Shown here piece by piece: positions 1 to 9,484 of a stretch of DNA of 35,603 nt. Numbering within the stretch: position 1 is the stretch's first letter; every line of letters starts with the position of its first letter. The stretch comes from a virus (taxonomy: Duplodnaviria > Caudoviricetes): positions 1-35,603 of IMG/VR virus record IMGVR_UViG_3300037423_000689; one strand, given 5' to 3'. Under the pieces are notes generated by a model, which saw nothing but the letters and a program-made list of their open reading frames with translations, did not search any database and was not told where the DNA came from. A program made the position numbers and the translations under genes.

Positions 1-100
1 ACGCGCGCCCCCCCAAGGCGCACATTTTTCCAATTCAAATGTTGGGTCGGACTGGCTGACTAAGGCCGGAGCAATGCAACGTCGACCTCATAAAACAGCG

Positions 101-116
101 TAGGCGGCTTAGCCTA
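101..116. promoter_or_regulatory. Operator-like palindrome upstream of terS
   Basis: TAGGCGGCTTAGCCTA matches the 16-bp family and ends 10 nt before the terS ATG. Confidence 0.6.
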
Positions 117-126
117 GGAAGTCAAT

Positions 127-513
127 ATGGCCAGACCGAGAACGCCGAAGGCCAAGGCGAAAGTTACTGGCCAGTCTGCTGTTCGCCGCAAGAAATTTGA
201 TGAGCGCGTAGAGCCGAAAGTTGCCGGCGATGTCGGTGAGCCTTTCGTGTGGCTCAACGAGAATGCGCAGAAGGCATGGCGCGAGATTATCGCCGAGGTT
301 CCGTGGCTTAACTCTAGCCATCGTGGGTTCTTGGCAATAGCGGCCAGCATTAGAGGACGAATGATTGCCGGTGAGGAGTGCGGCGTGCAAGCGCTTAATC
401 TCTTGCGCCAGTGTTATGGACAAATGGGGGCTACGCCTGCTGACGCAAGTAAGGCTGGCGTAAAACCGGATGAAGAAAGCGAAGACCCAGCAAACGAGTT
501 CTTCGGCGATTAA
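127..513 (+). CDS. terS: Terminase small subunit (P27-family-like)
   Basis: 128 aa directly upstream of and overlapping terL. Basic N-terminus (MARPRTP), WL...A.KAW motif and a C-terminal G.TPA.R/K-like segment (GATPADASK) as in P27-type TerS. Confidence 0.85.
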   Translation: MARPRTPKAKAKVTGQSAVRRKKFDERVEPKVAGDVGEPFVWLNENAQKAWREIIAEVPWLNSSHRGFLAIAASIRGRMIAGEECGVQALNLLRQCYGQMGATPADASKAGVKPDEESEDPANEFFGD

Positions 514-2428
514 GCTTGACCCGAAGTATCCTAGCGGCCCGGTTGATGGGTATGCTGAGGCTGTGCTGGCAGGCGAAATTGTAGCCGGCCCTCACGTTAG
601 GAATGCATGCCGTCGCCATCGCGACGACAGATTGAACGGACATAAGCGCGGCATCCATTGGGATGAAGCTGCCGCGGAACGCGTGTTCCGCTTCTTTGAG
701 ACGGTACTGAAGCTTAATGGCGGCCAGTTTGAGGGGCGCCCGTTTCTGCTCCACCCGTCGCAGAAATTCATTGTCGGCTCCATTTTCGGCTGGAAGCGCG
801 TCGAATCCGATGGCGCTTTGCTGCGCCGATTTCGTCGCTGCTACATTGAGCAGGGCAAGGGCAACGGGAAGTCTCCGCTGGCCGGTGGCATTGGCCACTA
901 TGGCATGGTTGCGGATGGAGAGGCAGCAGCAGAGATTTACGCCGCGGCCGCCAACAAGGACCAGGCATTTGTTCTATTTCGCGACGCGGTCGCGATGTAT
1001 GAGCAGTCGCCGAAGTTAAAGGCGACACTTACTAAATCGGGTGGCAATCCGGTTTGGAATCTGTCGTACATGAAGAAGCGCAGCTTCTTCCGCCCAATCT
1101 CTCGCGAGGGCGCACACAGCGGGCCGCGCCCATATATCGCCCTGTGCGATGAGATCCATGAGCACCCTGACGGCAAGGTGCTAGAAATGCTAGAGCGCGG
1201 CTTTAAATTCCGCCGCTCACCGCTGCTGTTCATGATTACGAACTCCGGCAGCGATCGCACCACGATCTGTTGGGATGAGCATCAATACGCCGTCAAGGTG
1301 GCTGCAGGAACGCAGACCCCAGACGACGATTTCACCTATGTAGGTGATACTTGGGATGGCAGCGACAGCACATTCAGTTATGTGTGCGCGCTAGACAAGG
1401 ACGATGACCCGTTCTCTGATCCGACTTGCTGGCAGAAGGCAAACCCGCTTTTCGGCGTTACGCTTAAGCATGACTACTTGGCTGGCGTTGTTGCGCAGGC
1501 AAAGGACATTCCGTCGAAGCGCAACGGCATCTTGCGACTGCATTTCTGCGTCTGGACCGAGGCCGATACGTCATGGATACCTCGACCCTTGGTGGAAAAG
1601 GTTATGGCGGATTTCGATCCGTACGAGGATGGGGCCGGCAAGATTGATGCCGCGGGGCTAGACCTTTCCGGCGCCAAAGACTTGACCGCGGCCGCATTTA
1701 TTAGGGAGACCGGCACAAAGCGCGTTACGCGCGCAGACGGCACCGAGGCTGACTTGCCTACTTACGATGCGTGGATTGAGGCGTTTACGCCTTACGATAC
1801 GATGGATGAGCGGTCCAAGGTCGACCATGTGCCTTATCGACTGTGGATGGAGCAAGGGTACATCAATGCACCTCCTGGCGCTCGCGTACGGTACGACCAT
1901 GTTGCTGCACTATTTGCGCGCCTCAATGCTGAGCATGGCATTGGCGTGCTGGCTTATGACCGTTACGTGTTTGATAAGTTTGAGCAGGAACTTGACGAAT
2001 ACGGAGTCGAGCTAAAGACTGTAGCGCATCCGCAAGGCGGCAAGAAGCGCGCCAAGCCAGATGCTGACAAGGTCGAGGAAGCAAAAGCCAACGGCGATGA
2101 TCCGCCGCTTGGATTATGGATGCCTGGATCTATGTCCGCGCTCGAGACTCTTATTCTCGAGGGCCGCATAAGGCTGCGGTCTTCCCCGGTGCTAATGGGC
2201 GCGATTATGGGCACACAAGTTGAGACCGACCCGCTTATGGGCAACCAGTGGCTCAGCAAAAAGAAGTCAACGGTGCGCATCGATCCGGCTGTTGCCTTGT
2301 GCATGGCGGTCGGCGCTGCTGTTGATGGTAAGCCAATAGAAAAAGGCAAGTCTTTTTGGGAAGTCCTTGACCCGGCAGTCGACTACTCATCACCAGCGCC
2401 AATAATGGCTGAGCCGCCACCAATTTAA
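470..2428 (+). CDS. terL: Terminase large subunit
   Basis: Walker A GKGNGKS, Walker B LCDEIHEH, coupling motif ITNSG, RNase H-like nuclease motifs GLDLS and RIDPAVA. The exact start codon is uncertain. Confidence 0.96.
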   Translation: MKKAKTQQTSSSAIKLDPKYPSGPVDGYAEAVLAGEIVAGPHVRNACRRHRDDRLNGHKRGIHWDEAAAERVFRFFETVLKLNGGQFEGRPFLLHPSQKFIVGSIFGWKRVESDGALLRRFRRCYIEQGKGNGKSPLAGGIGHYGMVADGEAAAEIYAAAANKDQAFVLFRDAVAMYEQSPKLKATLTKSGGNPVWNLSYMKKRSFFRPISREGAHSGPRPYIALCDEIHEHPDGKVLEMLERGFKFRRSPLLFMITNSGSDRTTICWDEHQYAVKVAAGTQTPDDDFTYVGDTWDGSDSTFSYVCALDKDDDPFSDPTCWQKANPLFGVTLKHDYLAGVVAQAKDIPSKRNGILRLHFCVWTEADTSWIPRPLVEKVMADFDPYEDGAGKIDAAGLDLSGAKDLTAAAFIRETGTKRVTRADGTEADLPTYDAWIEAFTPYDTMDERSKVDHVPYRLWMEQGYINAPPGARVRYDHVAALFARLNAEHGIGVLAYDRYVFDKFEQELDEYGVELKTVAHPQGGKKRAKPDADKVEEAKANGDDPPLGLWMPGSMSALETLILEGRIRLRSSPVLMGAIMGTQVETDPLMGNQWLSKKKSTVRIDPAVALCMAVGAAVDGKPIEKGKSFWEVLDPAVDYSSPAPIMAEPPPI

Positions 2429-2469
2429 GCCGATTTTGCGGCGATTTTCATAGAAGCGAGAATTGCCGC

Positions 2470-3708
2470 ATGGGCATTTGGGCTAGGCTGTTCGGCCGAG
2501 AGGCCAAGAAGGTCACGTATAGCGCAGAATTCGACTCCTGGTTTGCAAGCAAGGCGACGAAATCAGGCGCATCGGTCGATTGGGACACGGCGCTAGACGT
2601 CACAACTGTGCTTGCTTGCGTTCGCGCCGTAGCTGATGGCGTTGCTCAGGTGCCGCTGCAGATCATGAAAGAGACTGACGGCGGGCACGGAAGTGTGCCG
2701 GCGCCTGAACATCCTCTTTATCCGGTGCTTTTTCGTAAGCCAAACGACTGGCAGACCAGTTTCGGCATGCGTGAGACTATGATTTTCCATCTCATGCTAA
2801 CCGGAAATGCCTTTTTTCTTAAGGTTATGGTCCGCGGCAAGGTCAAGGGGCTTCTACCCCTTGAGCCTGGCAATGTTTCCATAATCAGGAACGATGACTA
2901 TTCGCTTACATACCACGTCACGACTGTAAACGGTCAGTCAATGACTGTGCCGCAGGAGTTGGTGTGGCACGTGCGCGGCCCGTCGTGGAATACGTGGCTC
3001 GGAATGGACGCCACGCGGCGCGCTCGAGAGGCAATCGGCCTCGCGATGGCCACTGAAGCGACCCAGGGCGAGCTTCATGCCAACGGCATGCAAATGTCCG
3101 GCGTGCTTTCGAGCGACCAGAAGATCGATCCTGAAAAATACAAGCAGCTTCAGGCGTGGATTGCCGCCCAAGTAGGTGGTGCAAACAAGCACAAGCCGCT
3201 CGTCATCGATTCCGGCCTGGAGTGGTCTCCAAGGTCGATGACCGGCGTTGATGCGCAGCATCTTGAGACCAGAAAGCACCAGATTGTTGAAATCTGTAGC
3301 GCCTTCAAGGTCTTTCCGCAGATGGTTGGCTTCTCCGACAAGACGTCGACCTTTGCCAGCGCTGAGGCATTCTTTGATGCTCATATAAAGCATACGCTTT
3401 TGCCATGGTGGGAGCGCATCGAGGCGTCGATCAACTGCGATTTGCTTGGCGACGATTTCGACAACGGTTACTGCGCTAAATTCGACTCGTGGGCACTTGA
3501 GCGCGGCGCGACCAAGGACCGCTCAGAGTACTTCACCAAGGCTCTCGGATCCGGTGGCTCGCCGGCATGGATGACGCAAGACGAAGTGCGCGCCAAGGAG
3601 GGTCTAAACCCGATGGGCGGCGACGCTTCACAGCTTCCGAAGCCAACAAATGTGGCGCCCGCAGGCGGCGACAATGGCGGCAAGCCGCCGAAGGGCAACA
3701 ATCAATGA
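2470..3708 (+). CDS. Portal protein, HK97 family
   Basis: 412 aa after terL with V.ACV..IA..VA.VP, KPNDWQT, LTGNAF, HVRG and C-terminal MTQDEVRAKEGL.P motifs. Confidence 0.95.
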   Translation: MGIWARLFGREAKKVTYSAEFDSWFASKATKSGASVDWDTALDVTTVLACVRAVADGVAQVPLQIMKETDGGHGSVPAPEHPLYPVLFRKPNDWQTSFGMRETMIFHLMLTGNAFFLKVMVRGKVKGLLPLEPGNVSIIRNDDYSLTYHVTTVNGQSMTVPQELVWHVRGPSWNTWLGMDATRRAREAIGLAMATEATQGELHANGMQMSGVLSSDQKIDPEKYKQLQAWIAAQVGGANKHKPLVIDSGLEWSPRSMTGVDAQHLETRKHQIVEICSAFKVFPQMVGFSDKTSTFASAEAFFDAHIKHTLLPWWERIEASINCDLLGDDFDNGYCAKFDSWALERGATKDRSEYFTKALGSGGSPAWMTQDEVRAKEGLNPMGGDASQLPKPTNVAPAGGDNGGKPPKGNNQ

Positions 3709-4403
3709 CGATTGAACGCATGTCCGTATCGCTAGGCGAGGTAAAACTTGCTGGCGCAGACGGCGATATGACTTTTTCCGGCTACGGCGCGGTTTTTGGA
3801 AACGTCGACTCCTATGGCGATGTGATCGCCAAGGGCGCATTCAAGAAAACGCTTGCGGACGCCAAAAAGAGCGGCATTTGGCCGGCTATGCTGTCGCAGC
3901 ACGGCGGCATGTTCGGCGAGGACTGCACGCCTATCGGCGTCTGGACCGAGATGCGAGAGGACGATGTTGGCCTTTACGTTGAGGGCAAGCTTGCCAACAC
4001 GGAAAAGGGCAAAGAGGCTTATGAGCTCCTGAAGATGACGCCGCGACCAGCCTATAGCGGCTTGTCGATCGGCTTTCGGGCGGTTGATTGGGCCATGCAG
4101 ACGAAGCCTGAAGAGCCTCGCCGCACGCTCAACGCTGTCGACCTTCTGGAGGTTAGCCTGGTGACGTTCCCGGCTAACACAAAGGCTCGCATAACCAGCG
4201 TCAAGAACGAATTCAATCCGCGAATTGTCGAAGACGGCCTGCGAGAAGCAGGCTTGTCGCGGTCGGATAGCGTGAAAGCTGTCGCGGTCTTCAAAAGCAT
4301 GCTGCTTCGCGACGAAGCAGAGCCGGGAACTGCTCCTCGTGACGAGGATGGGTCGGCAGAACTGCGCTCGCTTGCCGAACGCATTCGGGCGCTCGCCGCA
4401 TAA
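3705..4403 (+). CDS. Prohead protease, HK97 family
   Basis: FSGYGAVFGNVDSYGD, QH (catalytic His region), GLSIGF (catalytic Ser) and LLEVSLVTFPAN. Start set at the ATGA overlap with the portal stop (3705). Confidence 0.94.
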   Translation: MTIERMSVSLGEVKLAGADGDMTFSGYGAVFGNVDSYGDVIAKGAFKKTLADAKKSGIWPAMLSQHGGMFGEDCTPIGVWTEMREDDVGLYVEGKLANTEKGKEAYELLKMTPRPAYSGLSIGFRAVDWAMQTKPEEPRRTLNAVDLLEVSLVTFPANTKARITSVKNEFNPRIVEDGLREAGLSRSDSVKAVAVFKSMLLRDEAEPGTAPRDEDGSAELRSLAERIRALAA

Positions 4404-4444
4404 CGCGGCAGCCTGTCAACAATCCAAATTCACAAGGAAATATC

Positions 4445-5734
4445 ATGTCTGAGAAGACTGCCATTGAGCAGGTCATGACGGCTTTTGAGGAATTCAAGGC
4501 CACCAATGATGCCGCGCTCGCCGAAATCAAGAAGAAGGGTGTTGCTGACCCGGTCGTGACCGAGAAGCTCAGCAAGATCGAAACCGAACTGCAGAAGTTC
4601 GAAGACGCCAATCAGAAGGCGACCGCCGCTCTGCTGGAGGCCAAGAAGGCCGCCGACGAAGAGAAGAAGCACGTTGACGAGATCGAAGAGAAGCTCGCCA
4701 AGCTTGAGCTCCGCGGCGGTTCGCCGGCCGACAAGGCTTCCGAGATGAAGAAGCGCCACGAGTCGTGGGCGCGCGGCGTTGTTTCCGCCAACATCAACGG
4801 CGTTGCCAATCTGACCGCTGATCAGCAGAAGCTGTTCAAGGAAGTCGAGGCCGAATATAAGGCCATGTCGGTCGGCAACGACACGACTGGTGGTTATCTG
4901 GCCCCGATGGAGTACGTTCGCGAGATCATCAAGAGCGTCACGGAAATCAGCCCGGTTCGTTCGCTCGTTCGCGTTCGTTCCACCGCTTCCAAGGCCATCC
5001 TGATCCCGAAGCGTACCGGCCAGTTTGCCGCTCAGTGGGTTGCCGAGCAGGGCACTCGCGCCGAGACGGACGGCCTGCGTTACGGCATGTGGGAAATCCC
5101 GACCCACGAGATGTATGCCCTGATCGATATCAGCGAGCAGAACCTCGAGGACTCGGCGTTCAGCATGGAGGCCGAGATTAGCGGCGAAGCCACCGAGCAG
5201 TTCGCTGTTGCCGAAGGCGCCGCAGTTGTTTCGGGCAACGGCATCGGCAAGCCGGAAGGCTGGATGACCGCTGCCGGCGTTGCGGAGACCGTTTCGGGTA
5301 CCGCTGCGACGATCGCTGACTCGGACGGCCAGGCCAACGGTCTGCTTTCGCTGAAGTACGGCATCAAGACGGCTTACACCCGCAATGCTTCGTGGGCGCT
5401 GAACCGCAGCACGCTCGCTTCGGTGCGCAAGCTGAAGGACGCGCAGAAGAACTACATCTGGATGCCTGGCATTGCGCTCGGCCGCCCGAACACCATTGAT
5501 GGCGACCCCTATGTCGAGGTGCCGGATATGCCGTCCGAGGGCGCGAACGCCTATCCGGTCGCTTACGGCGACTTCGCCAAGGCGTACACGCTGGTTGACC
5601 GCGTTCAGATGTCGATGCTGCGCGACCCGTACACGCAGGCGACTGCGGGTAACATCCGCTTCATCTTCCGCAAGCGTCTTGGCGGCCAGGTCACTCTGGC
5701 GGAAGCCATCCGCAAGCTGAAGTGCTCGGTCTAA
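4445..5734 (+). CDS. Major capsid protein, HK97 fold with N-terminal coiled-coil delta/scaffold domain
   Basis: 429 aa with a charged helical N-terminus, GGYLAP, AQWVAE, G.G.GKP.G, LKD...YIW and YGDF motifs. Strongly biased codon usage and an AAGGA RBS. Confidence 0.96.
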   Translation: MSEKTAIEQVMTAFEEFKATNDAALAEIKKKGVADPVVTEKLSKIETELQKFEDANQKATAALLEAKKAADEEKKHVDEIEEKLAKLELRGGSPADKASEMKKRHESWARGVVSANINGVANLTADQQKLFKEVEAEYKAMSVGNDTTGGYLAPMEYVREIIKSVTEISPVRSLVRVRSTASKAILIPKRTGQFAAQWVAEQGTRAETDGLRYGMWEIPTHEMYALIDISEQNLEDSAFSMEAEISGEATEQFAVAEGAAVVSGNGIGKPEGWMTAAGVAETVSGTAATIADSDGQANGLLSLKYGIKTAYTRNASWALNRSTLASVRKLKDAQKNYIWMPGIALGRPNTIDGDPYVEVPDMPSEGANAYPVAYGDFAKAYTLVDRVQMSMLRDPYTQATAGNIRFIFRKRLGGQVTLAEAIRKLKCSV

Positions 5735-5748
5735 TCTTGGCCATTGGC

Positions 5749-5770
5749 GGGCGGTCCTTAGTGGCCGCCC
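5749..5770 (+). promoter_or_regulatory. GC-rich stem-loop after the capsid gene (possible mRNA stabiliser or attenuator)
   Basis: GGGCGGTC-cttagt-GGCCGCCC with one G-U pair and no U-tract. Confidence 0.4.
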
Positions 5771-5798
5771 AACCCCATTCTGAAAAGGAGTAAGCCAT

Positions 5799-6233
5799 AT
5801 GGCTTCGAAAGACCTTCACAATAACATTGCGCCCAAGCGCGGCATTTCGCCGGTCGCAGCGGCGCAGACCGATAACACCGCGATCGTTTCGCAGATTGTC
5901 GACACGTCCGGTTACTCTTCGGTCGAATTCTTGATCCTGACCGGTTCGCTGGCTGATGCCGACGCGACTTTCACCGTCCTGGTTGAGGATGGCGACGCGT
6001 CAAATCTGTCGGACGCCTCTGCGGTTGCCGACACCTTCCTGCTTGGCACGGAAGTGCTTGCCGGCTTCACCTTCGCCGACGACGACAAGGTGTTCAAGAT
6101 CGGCTATATCGGCCCGAAGCGCTATGTGCGCGTGACCATTACCCCCGCCAACAACACCGGCAACGCCTGCGTCGCGGGCGTCTGGCTGCTTGGCAACGCG
6201 CGCAGTAAGCCTTCGGCTAACCCGCCCGCGTAA
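5799..6233 (+). CDS. Putative capsid decoration/accessory head protein
   Basis: Follows the capsid gene with a strong RBS (AAAGGAG) and capsid-like codon bias. Beta-rich 144 aa with a KRYVR motif. Confidence 0.6.
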   Translation: MASKDLHNNIAPKRGISPVAAAQTDNTAIVSQIVDTSGYSSVEFLILTGSLADADATFTVLVEDGDASNLSDASAVADTFLLGTEVLAGFTFADDDKVFKIGYIGPKRYVRVTITPANNTGNACVAGVWLLGNARSKPSANPPA

Positions 6234-6484
6234 TGGCGTATAAAGTTGTGAGGCCGTTCGCATATTATGCGGACGGCATTCACGCCGTCGAGCTGATTAT
6301 CGGCGACGAGCGTGAGGATTTTGGCTCGTCAACCGATGGCCTTCTCTTCGAAAAGTACATTGAGGAAGCGGCCCCGCTGAATCCTATCGATGATGTCGAT
6401 GAGGCAGTCGCAGTCGAGCCAGAGGTTGGGGCAATGTTTGTGGCCCCTGAAAACCGCGTTGATAATCGCAGACGTAGGAAATAG
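6233..6484 (+). CDS. Hypothetical head-region protein
   Basis: TAATG overlap with the upstream gene; 83 aa with acidic middle and basic C-terminus. Confidence 0.6.
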   Translation: MAYKVVRPFAYYADGIHAVELIIGDEREDFGSSTDGLLFEKYIEEAAPLNPIDDVDEAVAVEPEVGAMFVAPENRVDNRRRRK

Positions 6485-6489
6485 GCGAA

Positions 6490-7077
6490 ATGGCGCTGAA
6501 GTTGATAACTGACGCTTCGGCGCCACTCGTTACAGCGGCAGAGATTAAAAGCCAGGTCCGCGCCGTCGACTTCGATGACGATGATGCCTATCTTGAGTCG
6601 CTAATTGCCGTCGCCGCCAGTCACGTTGACGGACCTGATCCGGCCTGGCTTGGGCGAAGCATAGCGGAGCGCAAGTGGCAATTGATTTTAGACGGCTTTC
6701 CGTCAGATAAGTGCGGCAAGATAGCGCTTCCGCTTCCGCCGCTCCGGTCTGTTGATGCCATTGAGTATGTCGACATCAACGGAACGACGCAGACGATATC
6801 TGATTTTAGGGAGTTTGGCATAGATTCCGTCAACTCTGCCGGTTTCGTGCTGCCGGCATTCGGGTCGACCTGGCCGAACACAAGGCTTGAGCCAGAATCC
6901 GTAAAAATCACGTTTACAGCCGGATACGAGACAACTCCTCCAGTCGTTAAGCACGCAATCATGCTGCTTGTGGCGCAATGGTATGAGCATCGTGAGAACG
7001 CGGCTGAAATCAGCCTGTCGGAGATGCCAAAAGGCGTCGACGCGCTGCTTATGCCACTAAGATTTTGGCCTAGTTAA
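6490..7077 (+). CDS. Head-tail connector (HK97 gp6/SPP1 gp15-like)
   Basis: DDDAYLESLI, LPLPPL.SV..I.Y, FTAGY and KHAIMLLVAQWYEHRE motifs. Confidence 0.88.
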   Translation: MALKLITDASAPLVTAAEIKSQVRAVDFDDDDAYLESLIAVAASHVDGPDPAWLGRSIAERKWQLILDGFPSDKCGKIALPLPPLRSVDAIEYVDINGTTQTISDFREFGIDSVNSAGFVLPAFGSTWPNTRLEPESVKITFTAGYETTPPVVKHAIMLLVAQWYEHRENAAEISLSEMPKGVDALLMPLRFWPS

Positions 7078-7095
7078 AACAAACAGGAGGCCGCA

Positions 7096-7503
7096 TTGAC
7101 GGCACTTACCATCACCGCGGCCAGTGTCCTGGCCGGCGCGAACTCTACGCGCGACAACGGCACCGCTGGTGCCTCTGTGACGGCCGGCCAGGTCGTCTAT
7201 AAGGCGGCGGACAACACCTACAAGCTTGCCGACACCAACGACGCCTCGGCGATCGTGCGCAAGCCGAAAGGTATTGCACTGCATGCCGCCGCTTCCGGCC
7301 AGCCGCTTGCCGTTCTGACTAGCGGCGCCATCACGATTGGCGCGACCGTTACGCCTGGCGTCGCCTATTACCTCGGCGGCACGCCGGGTGCCATTGTGCC
7401 CGTTGGCGACCTGACGACCGGCGACCATCCTGCGTTTATCGGCATGGCCACCAGCGCCACCAGCATCAATGTCGATATTCAGGCGCCCGACGCCGCGCTG
7501 TAA
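7096..7503 (+). CDS. Putative virion structural protein (capsid cement/decoration-like)
   Basis: TTG start after a GGAGG RBS. A/T/G-rich, with AGQVVY...Y.LAD, GIAL and YYL...G.I motifs seen in cement-type proteins. Confidence 0.6.
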   Translation: MTALTITAASVLAGANSTRDNGTAGASVTAGQVVYKAADNTYKLADTNDASAIVRKPKGIALHAAASGQPLAVLTSGAITIGATVTPGVAYYLGGTPGAIVPVGDLTTGDHPAFIGMATSATSINVDIQAPDAAL

Positions 7504-7712
7504 TGTGGGTGCGGTTTAGCCAGCCTTGGGATTATCGCCAGCCGGGATTTACCATTGCGTACCCGGTTGGCGATTTCAACGTGACGCGAGATTGCGCCGA
7601 CAAGGCGACTGCTGCGGGCGTAGCTATTCGGCTGCGCAAGGCCAGCAAGGACGCGACTCCGATAGAAGTGGATCCGCAAGAATGGCCAAGCGAAGCGGCG
7701 CAGGCTCCCTAA
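7503..7712 (+). CDS. Hypothetical protein
   Basis: TAATG-coupled 69 aa ORF (MWVRFSQPWDY...) in the head-completion block. Confidence 0.55.
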   Translation: MWVRFSQPWDYRQPGFTIAYPVGDFNVTRDCADKATAAGVAIRLRKASKDATPIEVDPQEWPSEAAQAP

Positions 7713-8065
7713 ACTGCAAAGTGACGTTTCAGCGGCGCGCGGTGGTGCAGGACGAGTACGGCAACGACGTCACTGGCGACTTTGTCGACGTGTTCACCAT
7801 CTCTGCTCGGCTCGCGCCAATCGCGCCACGCTTGACCTCAGAGACCGTCACAGCGGCGCGCCTCGCATCTCTGCAGCCTTATAATCTCACGGTGCGCGGA
7901 TGCGCGGACACGCGCGCCGTGCGCGCTGACTGGCGCTTCTATGATGCTCGAAAGGGCATCGTAGACGGCAAGCCTGCGCGACTCTGGAACATCAAGACGA
8001 TCATCAACCCGGATGAGCAGGGCGCCTATCTTGAGATGCTATGTGTCGAAGGCGAGGCATCGTAG
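7682..8065 (+). CDS. Head closure / head-tail adaptor (SPP1 gp16-like)
   Basis: AGSL..KVTFQRR....DEYG N-terminal motif and LEMLC C-terminus. Start re-set to ATG 7682. Confidence 0.82.
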   Translation: MAKRSGAGSLNCKVTFQRRAVVQDEYGNDVTGDFVDVFTISARLAPIAPRLTSETVTAARLASLQPYNLTVRGCADTRAVRADWRFYDARKGIVDGKPARLWNIKTIINPDEQGAYLEMLCVEGEAS

Positions 8066-8568
8066 TGGCATTCCAAACCAAGATTATCGGCCGCGAAGCA
8101 TTGCAGCGACGACTTGACGAGTTGGTGCCAGAGGCTACCGCGGCAGCAGCGCAGGCGAAGCTTGAGGTTGCTCGAGAGGCGGCCAGCCGCATTGCATCAA
8201 GGGCACCGACTGGCGCGACCGGAGCGTTGAAAGACAGTATCATCGGTGCGCGGCAGGCCGATATGCCTGGCGCAAAGGCGATTGGCGGCAATCCGTCCAA
8301 GGATCCGGATGCAACCGGTGTCTACGCTGACTTCACATGGAAATTTGTCGAGCATGGAACGGCTCCCCACAAGATAACGGGGCGCAACGGAAACAACCTT
8401 GTGTTTACGGCTAAGGACGGCACGCGCGTCTCCACGCCATCCGTCGACCATCCCGGCTCCCGCGCGCAGCCATTCGTTTTCTACACTTGGAAGGCCATGC
8501 GCAAGGCTGCCAAGGCCAAAATTAGCCGCGCCATAAGCAAAGCAGTCAAGGCTGCTAGCAGCAAGTAA
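8065..8568 (+). CDS. HK97 gp10-family tail completion protein
   Basis: AP...TGALKDSI, FVEHGT and AQPF motifs. GTG start overlaps the upstream TAG. Confidence 0.85.
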   Translation: MAFQTKIIGREALQRRLDELVPEATAAAAQAKLEVAREAASRIASRAPTGATGALKDSIIGARQADMPGAKAIGGNPSKDPDATGVYADFTWKFVEHGTAPHKITGRNGNNLVFTAKDGTRVSTPSVDHPGSRAQPFVFYTWKAMRKAAKAKISRAISKAVKAASSK

Positions 8569-8577
8569 GGAAATGCC

Positions 8578-9006
8578 ATGTCCGCTCCGGCACACGAGCT
8601 CGTCGGCGTAGCGACGGCAAGACTGCGCAACTACACTGCGCTGACAAGCCTGGTTCCGGCCAGCAAGATTTTCTATCGGCCGCCAGCGTCATTCTCGCCG
8701 CCTTATGTGACTGTCGATGACGCCACTACAAGGCGAGCCGACATGCAATGCGTTAGCGGCACGATTGTCGATCTGGCAATCCACGTCTGGACCGACGAAA
8801 GCAATCCGCTTCCGAATACCGGGGGCGCGCTGCAGGACGCCAGGGCAATCGCTTATGAGATTGCCAACGCACTGCATGACTACCCACTAGCACTGCCAAG
8901 CAAGCGGCTAGTGACGCTGGAGCACCGCGGCGAGCGGGTGTTCTATGACCAAGACGGCGTGACTGGCCATGCGGTCATCGACTTCGAAGCGGTAATCGAA
9001 TCCTAG
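8578..9006 (+). CDS. Tail terminator (DUF3168-like)
   Basis: Lies before the tail tube gene. PYVT, IHVW, A..IA.ALH and DGVT.HAV motifs. Confidence 0.82.
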   Translation: MSAPAHELVGVATARLRNYTALTSLVPASKIFYRPPASFSPPYVTVDDATTRRADMQCVSGTIVDLAIHVWTDESNPLPNTGGALQDARAIAYEIANALHDYPLALPSKRLVTLEHRGERVFYDQDGVTGHAVIDFEAVIES

Positions 9007-9045
9007 ACCGCGACCAAACCACAATCCCCTCTATAGGAGCCTAAA

Positions 9046-9480
9046 ATGGCAGTTACTCCCGGCCAGCAGACTGGCCGTCTTTTGCTTATCCAAATCGGTG
9101 ACGGCGGCAGCCCTGAGACCTTCACCAACCTCTGCGGCCTGCAGACGCGCTCTTTCAATATGTCGGCCAACGACGTCGACACCACCATCCCCGACTGCGA
9201 CAATCCCGGCAACACGCCGCAAAAGACTGGCGTTCCCGGCATCAAGAACCGCACCTTTACCGGGTCGGGCAAGTTCGTTGCTGGCGACGCTCAGAACACC
9301 TTTATGGGCTACGTCACTGCCGCTACGGCGTTCAACGCGAAGGTCATCGTCCCCGGTCTCGGAACCTTTACCGGATCCTGGTATGTGACCTCGTTTGAAC
9401 TGACTGGCGAGCAGGAAGGCACCATGGGCTTTAACGGCACCTTCAATGCTGCCGGCGCCCTTTCGTTTGTTGCGGAGTAA
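9046..9480 (+). CDS. Major tail (tube) protein, GTA/TP901-like
   Basis: G..LLIQIGDG..PETF..LCGL, VDTT..DC and F.GSG motifs; RBS AGGAG. Confidence 0.9.
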   Translation: MAVTPGQQTGRLLLIQIGDGGSPETFTNLCGLQTRSFNMSANDVDTTIPDCDNPGNTPQKTGVPGIKNRTFTGSGKFVAGDAQNTFMGYVTAATAFNAKVIVPGLGTFTGSWYVTSFELTGEQEGTMGFNGTFNAAGALSFVAE

Positions 9481-9484
9481 GTGA

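Noticed and set aside
470-2428. Intein or intron in the somewhat long terminase
   Set aside because: No intein splice-junction motifs or homing-endonuclease blocks. The extra length is in short loops and the termini.
3567-3704. Upstream-extended starts in the ORF track (3567, 7526, 22076, 23050, 23226, 24505, 25729, 27288, 31412)
   Set aside because: These extensions mostly overlap upstream genes or promoters. Downstream starts with an RBS or stop/start overlap fit better.
6482-6497. TAGGCG half-sites at 6482, 3733 and 32230 as operators
   Set aside because: They lack the matching GCCTA half at the 16-bp spacing; the 32230 copy is part of the terminator hairpin.
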